DNA of 63,233 nucleotides, the filler included. It is 5 parts of 5 records of this genome, joined end to end, with 100 filler letters (N's around TTAATTAATTAA, not from the genome) between each part and the next. Parts side by side here need not be neighbours in the genome. Positions count along the whole stretch, not along the records: positions 45,414 to 63,233 come from DRR723986_6547; 4 more parts are not named here. One strand, written 5' to 3'. Shown in pieces: positions 57,873 to 63,233 of this stretch. The position numbers and the translations under genes were made by a program. The notes under the pieces were generated by a model. It was not told the DNA's origin and made no database searches. It saw only the letters and a program-made list of their open reading frames with translations. The stretch's first letter is position 1. Each line of letters begins with the position of its first letter.

Positions 57873-58376
57873 ATGAAAACCTTACTGAGCCTCCTGGCTG
57901 GGGCGCTGATGATCAGCTCTGCCGTTCAGGCTGCCAACCTTCCGGCACCAACAGGTGATGTCGTCCTCGTTGTGACCGGAAACATCAAGAACACCAACAA
58001 AGGTGACAGCGCTGAATTCGACATGGAGATGCTGGAAGGCCTTACAGAAATCTCCAAGACGCTCGAGACACCCTGGACTGAAGGCACCACTGCCTTTTCC
58101 GGCCCTCAGCTGCGCGCAGTGCTGGAGGAAGTTGGCGCACGCGGTTCCAAACTGATCGTCAAGGCTCTCAACGACTACAGTGCAGAAGTGCCGGTAGAAG
58201 ATGCCGAGGACTTCGACACGATGCTGGCGACCAAAATGAACGGCGACTACATGTCCGTTCGCGACAAGGGACCCCTGTTCCTGGTCTACCCTTTCGACAC
58301 GAACCCGGAACTCTTCAACGAGAAATACTTTTCACGTTCGGTCTGGCAAATCCGTGAAGTTGAAGTGGTAGAGTGA
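57873..58376 (+). CDS. Periplasmic SUOX-fold, PruR-like (COG3915-type) putative pterin-binding protein
   Basis: Sec signal peptide (AVQA); TPW, ALNDY, RDKGPLFLVYP and SVWQ motifs; no cysteine, so the MoCo-ligating Cys is absent. Confidence 0.8.
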   Translation: MKTLLSLLAGALMISSAVQAANLPAPTGDVVLVVTGNIKNTNKGDSAEFDMEMLEGLTEISKTLETPWTEGTTAFSGPQLRAVLEEVGARGSKLIVKALNDYSAEVPVEDAEDFDTMLATKMNGDYMSVRDKGPLFLVYPFDTNPELFNEKYFSRSVWQIREVEVVE

Positions 58377-60694
58377 AAAACCAGCTCGAAATAGGCGGCA
58401 AGGCCGTTGAACAGGCTGCAAGGGCGACGAAATCCGTTCTCGTCGTCCAGATCTTTCTTGTCTGTACAGTCCTTGCCATCTTTACGATGCTGGTCAAACG
58501 CGAAGGCCAGTTGCATGACGCAATCCGTGAAGACGCAATCTGGGCTGTCTATCAGCTCGACCGCGAAACACGTGCCGTCTACGAGCTGGTACAACACGTC
58601 AAATATCGTATCGGCGAGGCAGGTGTCGAAGCGGCGCAGGAAGCCGTAGCACCGCGAGATATCGTAACGCGCTACGACATTCTCTATTCGCGTCTCTCGG
58701 TCCTCGCGAACTCCAAATACAACGTCTTCTTCGAGCAAAGCCCCAACTTCAGATCCAGGATCTCAACCATTCAGACCAAGATCCTGGCCATCGAACCTGT
58801 CTTCAACGAAATCGCAGCGAAAAAGAATTACACCGACATCGACTTTGCGCCTGTCGAAGAAACGCTCGAAAAAATTCGCAGCGCCACGAACGAATTTCTT
58901 GTCCGCACGAACGCGACAATCTCAGAAGCACGCGCCGAAGCCCGCAACGACGTCTTCCAGGCACAAATGCTGGCCTTCCTCTTCATGTTTGCGATCGTCG
59001 TCGCCGCGCTCTTTCTCGCCCTTCACATGCTTCTGCAGGTCCGCATCGTGAAACAGACGCGGGAAGGCATGAACAAGGCGGCAGCGGAATTCGAGAAAGC
59101 CTATGAGGCAGCAGAAGCCGGCAACAAGGCCAAGTCGGAGTTTCTGGCCACGATCGGACACGAAATCCGCACCCCGCTGAACGGCATTCTCGGCATGGCC
59201 GAACTTCTGGCACAAAAGCAGCTTCCGGAAGAAGAAACCGGCTACGTCCGCACCATCACGAGTTCCGGCAATGCACTGCTGGAGATGATCAACGAGATCC
59301 TCGACTTTGCGAAGATCGAATACGGATCCGTTGAGACCGAACAGATTGTCTTCCGGCTCGACGAACTGGTGCAAGAGGCGGCAGCTGTCGTGGAAGGCAA
59401 GGCGCTCGAGCAGAATGACGAGCTCAAGCTAAATATCGACCCCACACTTGAAAAAGCTTTCATCAAGAGCGACCCCACCCGGCTGAAGCGCGTCCTGCTC
59501 AATCTGTTGTCCAATGCCGTGAAATTCACCGAAAACGGTTCAATCCACGTCGATGTGGTTGCCGGAAAAGTTGTCGCCGAGACCCTGGAACTGAAGATCA
59601 GCGTCAAGGATTCCGGTATCGGCATTGCCGAAGAGGCACAAAAGCAGCTCTTTACCGCATTCCACCAGGTCGATTCCTCGATCAGCCGGCGCTTTGGCGG
59701 CACGGGCCTCGGCCTTGCCATCTGCAAACAGATCGTCGAGGCGATGGGTGGATCGATAGGTGTGTTCAGTATTCCTGGCGAAGGCGCGACCTTCAGCTTC
59801 ACCTTGCCGGTTCAACTGGCACATGCCCCTGCTGCGAAACTCACCGGTTTGGAGGGTGGTTTGCCCCCAACTGCATTGATCCCCCGTCTGCGTGTCTTGC
59901 TCGTGGAAGACAACGTCATTAATCAGCGTGTCGCAACGAAGTTGCTGGAGAGACTGGGTCAGGAAGTCATCGTTGCCAGCGACGGCAGAGAGGCGATCAA
60001 ACATGTGCAGGACGCCACTTTCGATCTCGTGCTGATGGACGTGCAGATGCCTGATCTCGACGGGATCGCGGCAACACGGCTGATACGGAACATCGGCGCT
60101 CCATTCGACAAGCTGCCCATCGTTGCAATGACGGCAAATGCTTCCGACCGGCACCGCCAGGACTGCCTGGACGCGGGCATGAATGCCTTCGAGTCCAAGC
60201 CCGTCACCTTCCAGAGGCTTGCGACCATCCTGCGTGAATATGGTCCTTCGGACACTTCAGCAGAAGGCACCACCGACCTGCCGACATCCCCAGGTTCTCC
60301 GGAACCGACGGAACCAATGCATGCGGCTCAATCCGGCGCCGTGACACCAAACGCCAATGTGGTTCGCCTTGCAGGAGAAGAGAAAGGGGATGCCAGACGA
60401 GCTGAACTGCGGGAGGAACTTGGCGAGGAGATTTTCCATTCTCTGGTGAACGCCTTCTTTGAAAATGCCGACACTCTCGCTGTGCAAGTCACCGAGGCAG
60501 CAAGCTCGGGTGATTTGGAAAGCTACGACCGGCTGCTGCACACACTGAAAGGTGCGGCGGACAATCTCGGATTTACGACCCTTTCAATAACTGCGGACGC
60601 ACTTCGCACCAGCATCGAAACCTCCAACCAGGTGACACTCCTGACGGTGGAGCTGGAAAAAGCAAAAAACAGATACCGGAAGATTGCGATATGA
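58373..60694 (+). CDS. Hybrid histidine kinase (periplasmic sensor, HisKA, HATPase, REC, HPt)
   Basis: Two TMs; WAVYQLDRE (Wx7E); HEIRTPLNG; NLLSNAVKFT; DSGIG; GGTGLGL; REC (EDN, LMDVQMP); HPt HTLKG. Confidence 0.93.
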   Translation: MKNQLEIGGKAVEQAARATKSVLVVQIFLVCTVLAIFTMLVKREGQLHDAIREDAIWAVYQLDRETRAVYELVQHVKYRIGEAGVEAAQEAVAPRDIVTRYDILYSRLSVLANSKYNVFFEQSPNFRSRISTIQTKILAIEPVFNEIAAKKNYTDIDFAPVEETLEKIRSATNEFLVRTNATISEARAEARNDVFQAQMLAFLFMFAIVVAALFLALHMLLQVRIVKQTREGMNKAAAEFEKAYEAAEAGNKAKSEFLATIGHEIRTPLNGILGMAELLAQKQLPEEETGYVRTITSSGNALLEMINEILDFAKIEYGSVETEQIVFRLDELVQEAAAVVEGKALEQNDELKLNIDPTLEKAFIKSDPTRLKRVLLNLLSNAVKFTENGSIHVDVVAGKVVAETLELKISVKDSGIGIAEEAQKQLFTAFHQVDSSISRRFGGTGLGLAICKQIVEAMGGSIGVFSIPGEGATFSFTLPVQLAHAPAAKLTGLEGGLPPTALIPRLRVLLVEDNVINQRVATKLLERLGQEVIVASDGREAIKHVQDATFDLVLMDVQMPDLDGIAATRLIRNIGAPFDKLPIVAMTANASDRHRQDCLDAGMNAFESKPVTFQRLATILREYGPSDTSAEGTTDLPTSPGSPEPTEPMHAAQSGAVTPNANVVRLAGEEKGDARRAELREELGEEIFHSLVNAFFENADTLAVQVTEAASSGDLESYDRLLHTLKGAADNLGFTTLSITADALRTSIETSNQVTLLTVELEKAKNRYRKIAI

Positions 60695-61779
60695 CCGACA
60701 CACCGCTAGCCGACACCGAATTCCGCATCCTTCTGGTCGAAGACGATCCCACCAACCGCATGATCATGGAACGGCTTGTGGAGCGCATCCCCGGATGCCA
60801 TGCAGTCAGCTTTTCCCATCCCATCGACCTGATCGCGGCGCTCGACATGGTCGAATTCGATGTGGCGATCGTCGACTATCAATTGCCGGGCCTCAACGGC
60901 ATCGAGCTCATCAAGGAAATTCATCAACACCCCGCCCATACTGACAAGCCGATGGTGATCGTCACGGCAGACAAGGACCGGGACACGCGCATCGAGGCCC
61001 TGACCTCCGGTGCTGTCGATTTTCTGAACAAGCCGCTCGAGGTGGTGGAATTCAAGGCCCGTGTCCGGAACCTGACCAAGCTGGCCGAGGCACAGCGCAA
61101 ACTCGCCACCCGGGCGGAATGGCTGAAAGAGGAAGTCGACAGGGCAACGACCGAACTCAGGAAGCGCGGCGAGGAAATCGTTCACCGGCTGATCCTTGCT
61201 TCCGAATACAAGGACCTCGACACGGCCATGCATACCCTTCGCATGGCGAACTTCTGCGAGTTGATTGCCGAAGAACTCGGCATGAGCATGGAGTTCCGGC
61301 GAGACCTCAAGATGGCCGCACCGATGCACGACATCGGCAAGGTTGGCATTCCGGACCGTATCATGCTGAAACGCGGCCCCCTCACCCCGGAAGAACGCGA
61401 AGAAATCAACCGGCACACGGAAATCGGCGCCGGCATCCTCAAGGGCTCCAGTTGCCGACTGCTGCAGGTCGCGACCCAGATTGCCGCGACACACCACGAA
61501 CGCTGGGACGGCAGCGGTTACCCCAATGGCCTGCGTGGAGAAGAAATTCCACTTGTCGGCCGGATAGCGGCCGTTGCCGACGTCTTCGACGCGTTGACGA
61601 CGGAACGCCCCTACAAGTCCGCGTGGACCAACGAACGGGCCTTCAGCTTTCTGGAAGAAAAATCAGGCAGCGACTTCGACCCGGAGTGCATTGCCGCCTT
61701 CCTGAGCAAGAAGAAGGAAGTGGAGGAGATCCAGGCCAGGTTTGCCGACGAGCCCATTCCCCTGGCCAAAAACGGCTGA
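60691..61779 (+). CDS. REC-HD-GYP c-di-GMP phosphodiesterase (RpfG-like)
   Basis: REC (VEDD, VDYQLP), MHDIGK, HHERWDGSGYP, ADVFDAL, RPYK. Confidence 0.94.
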   Translation: MTDTPLADTEFRILLVEDDPTNRMIMERLVERIPGCHAVSFSHPIDLIAALDMVEFDVAIVDYQLPGLNGIELIKEIHQHPAHTDKPMVIVTADKDRDTRIEALTSGAVDFLNKPLEVVEFKARVRNLTKLAEAQRKLATRAEWLKEEVDRATTELRKRGEEIVHRLILASEYKDLDTAMHTLRMANFCELIAEELGMSMEFRRDLKMAAPMHDIGKVGIPDRIMLKRGPLTPEEREEINRHTEIGAGILKGSSCRLLQVATQIAATHHERWDGSGYPNGLRGEEIPLVGRIAAVADVFDALTTERPYKSAWTNERAFSFLEEKSGSDFDPECIAAFLSKKKEVEEIQARFADEPIPLAKNG

Positions 61780-62100
61780 GGCAGTCAGTCCGCAAGGCGT
61801 CTACCACAGACACCGGCAATCGCCCTGGCTTCCGTGCGATAAACGCGGCGTAACAGGGCCGGCTTTGGGCACAATGCCTTTGCCTCCTGCCTTTGCAGCG
61901 GCTCAGATCTTGTCTGCGCAAGCTATCGCTATTGCTTGAAACTCCGGGCCAAGGGGTTTCCAAATGTGCAAGCTTCGGAAAAGCTGGTTGCATCATGGTT
62001 CATCCTGACTTATGAACAGTCCCCATTAACCGTCAGGTCACGCTTTTGCGCCACGCTTGGCGGACCAGTTGAAAAGACGACCAAAGGCCAAGACAGACCC

Positions 62101-62202
62101 ATGATCGCGGTTCGCGACATTTCTGGATCTTCTCGCAACGCGCTGGCTCAGCGCGGCGGCCTCATTCTACTTGGCGATCTCCTCCTTCTTAGATGCCCCT
62201 GA
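62101..62202 (+). CDS. leuA leader peptide
   Basis: MIAVRDISGSSRNALAQRGGLILLGDLLLLRCP*, with 7 Leu in an 10-codon stretch, ending 143 nt before leuA. Confidence 0.75.
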   Translation: MIAVRDISGSSRNALAQRGGLILLGDLLLLRCP

Positions 62203-62248
62203 GCGTCGGCTGCTTCGCTTGTCTTTAGGCGGAACGGGCACTTAGGGG
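62196..62248 (+). promoter_or_regulatory. leuA leader RNA hairpin overlapping the leader-peptide stop
   Basis: CCCCTGAG (62196-62203) pairs with CTTAGGGG (62241-62248). Confidence 0.65.
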
Positions 62249-62345
62249 AGAGTTTTCAAAAAACCGCATCACGACCATCGGATCGCGCCACGCCTTTCCT
62301 TACCCGAGCGACCTAAGGCCCGATCCAAGCCAGGGACGAAACGAC

Positions 62346-63233
62346 ATGACTGCCACTTCCGAGAAGGACCAGGTCCGGATCTTCGACACCACATTGCGCG
62401 ACGGCGAACAATCGCCCGGCGCCTCCATGACGTTGGAAGAAAAGCTGCAGATCGCGGAAATTCTCGACGACATGGGTGTCGACATCATCGAAGCCGGTTT
62501 CCCGATTGCCTCGAACGGCGACTTTGAAGCCGTCAGCGAAATTGCCAAGCGCTCGAAAAACTCGGTCATTGCCGGTCTGGCCCGCGCCATCCACGCTGAT
62601 ATCGACCGCTGCGGCGAAGCCGTGAAACACGCCGGCAAGGGCCGCATCCACACCTTCGTTTCGACTTCGCCGATCCATCTGAAATTCCAGATGAACAAGA
62701 CCGAAGAACAGGTGCTGGAAATCATCACCGACACGGTGACACGGTCGCGCAACCTGATCGACGATGTCGAATGGTCCGCGATGGACGCAACGCGCACGCC
62801 GATCGAATACCTGTGCCGCTGCGTGGAAGCCGCCATCAAGTGCGGTGCCACCACCATCAACCTGCCGGATACGGTCGGCTACGCCACCCCGGACGAATAC
62901 AAGTCCATGTTCGAGCAGATCCGTGAGCGCGTGCCGAATGCCGACCAGGCGATCTTCTCGGTCCACTGCCACAACGACCTGGGCCTGGCGGTTGCCAACT
63001 CGCTGGCCGGTGTCGCCGGCGGTGCCCGCCAGATCGAATGCACCATCAACGGCCTGGGCGAACGCGCCGGCAATGCTGCCCTGGAAGAGATCGTCATGGC
63101 GATCCGCACCCGCAGCGACGTCCTGCCCTACATGACCCAAATCGACCCGAAATTCATGGTTCGCGCTTCCAAGATGGTGGCGGGCGCATCCGGGTTCGCG
63201 GTTCAGTACAACAAGGCCATCGTCGGCAAGAAC
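62346..63233 (+). CDS. leuA: 2-isopropylmalate synthase, runs off the window
   Basis: [51 protein letters not shown]; not in the ORF track, probably because no stop lies inside the window. Confidence 0.97.
   Translation, partial: MTATSEKDQVRIFDTTLRDGEQSPGASMTLEEKLQIAEILDDMGVDIIEAGFPIASNGDFEAVSEIAKRSKNSVIAGLARAIHADIDRCGEAVKHAGKGRIHTFVSTSPIHLKFQMNKTEEQVLEIITDTVTRSRNLIDDVEWSAMDATRTPIEYLCRCVEAAIKCGATTINLPDTVGYATPDEYKSMFEQIRERVPNADQAIFSVHCHNDLGLAVANSLAGVAGGARQIECTINGLGERAGNAALEEIVMAIRTRSDVLPYMTQIDPKFMVRASKMVAGASGFAVQYNKAIVGKN

Noticed and set aside
62313-63140. 275-aa minus-strand ORF
   Set aside because: Antisense to leuA, which is the real gene on the plus strand.
1-63233. tRNA, rRNA, integrase or transposase genes
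   Set aside because: None recognised by eye; a tRNAscan-SE/Infernal run would be needed to exclude small RNAs.

Overview
This window is not one locus. It holds five unrelated contigs joined by 100-bp artificial linkers (N44-TTAATTAATTAA-N44 at 12595-12694, 33355-33454, 39071-39170 and 45314-45413), so no gene linkage should be read across them. Contig 1 (1-12594, Planctomycetota/Pirellulaceae-like) has an ECF sigma factor with a giant membrane-anchored vWA anti-sigma-like partner, an AsmA-like protein, a Cys-rich BBP7-type porin, a LOG-family protein and a GTAG REP doublet at its end. Contig 2 (12695-33354, Bacteroidota/FCB-like, judged from a T9SS-type C-terminus) has a five-gene signalling cassette: small CPPxC protein, ~7TM protein, PAS histidine kinase and two NarL/LuxR regulators. 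It continues with AtuA-like, DUF2279, GT2, purM, RecQ, S8 protease and ECF/anti-sigma genes. Contig 3 (33455-39070, Rhodobacteraceae-like) is a taurine catabolism cluster (xsc, tauR, tpa, tauC, end of tauB) with TauR boxes. Contig 4 (39171-45313) is a defence/mobile island: type I hsdR, M48/YgjP peptidase, an orphan TniQ and a broken DUF2971-like gene. Contig 5 (45414-63233, Roseibium/Labrenzia-like alphaproteobacterium) runs from ilvC to leuA. It includes a GNAT-Nudix fusion, a PruR-like pterin-binding protein/hybrid kinase/HD-GYP operon and a Leu-rich leuA leader peptide. The best candidate for an undescribed system is the CPPxC/7TM/kinase/two-regulator cassette (13279-17621). Next come the secretin-like motifs inside the vWA anti-sigma, the PruR-like phosphorelay and the hsdR-M48-tniQ unit. 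All family and taxon calls come from motif recognition by eye; no database search was run.
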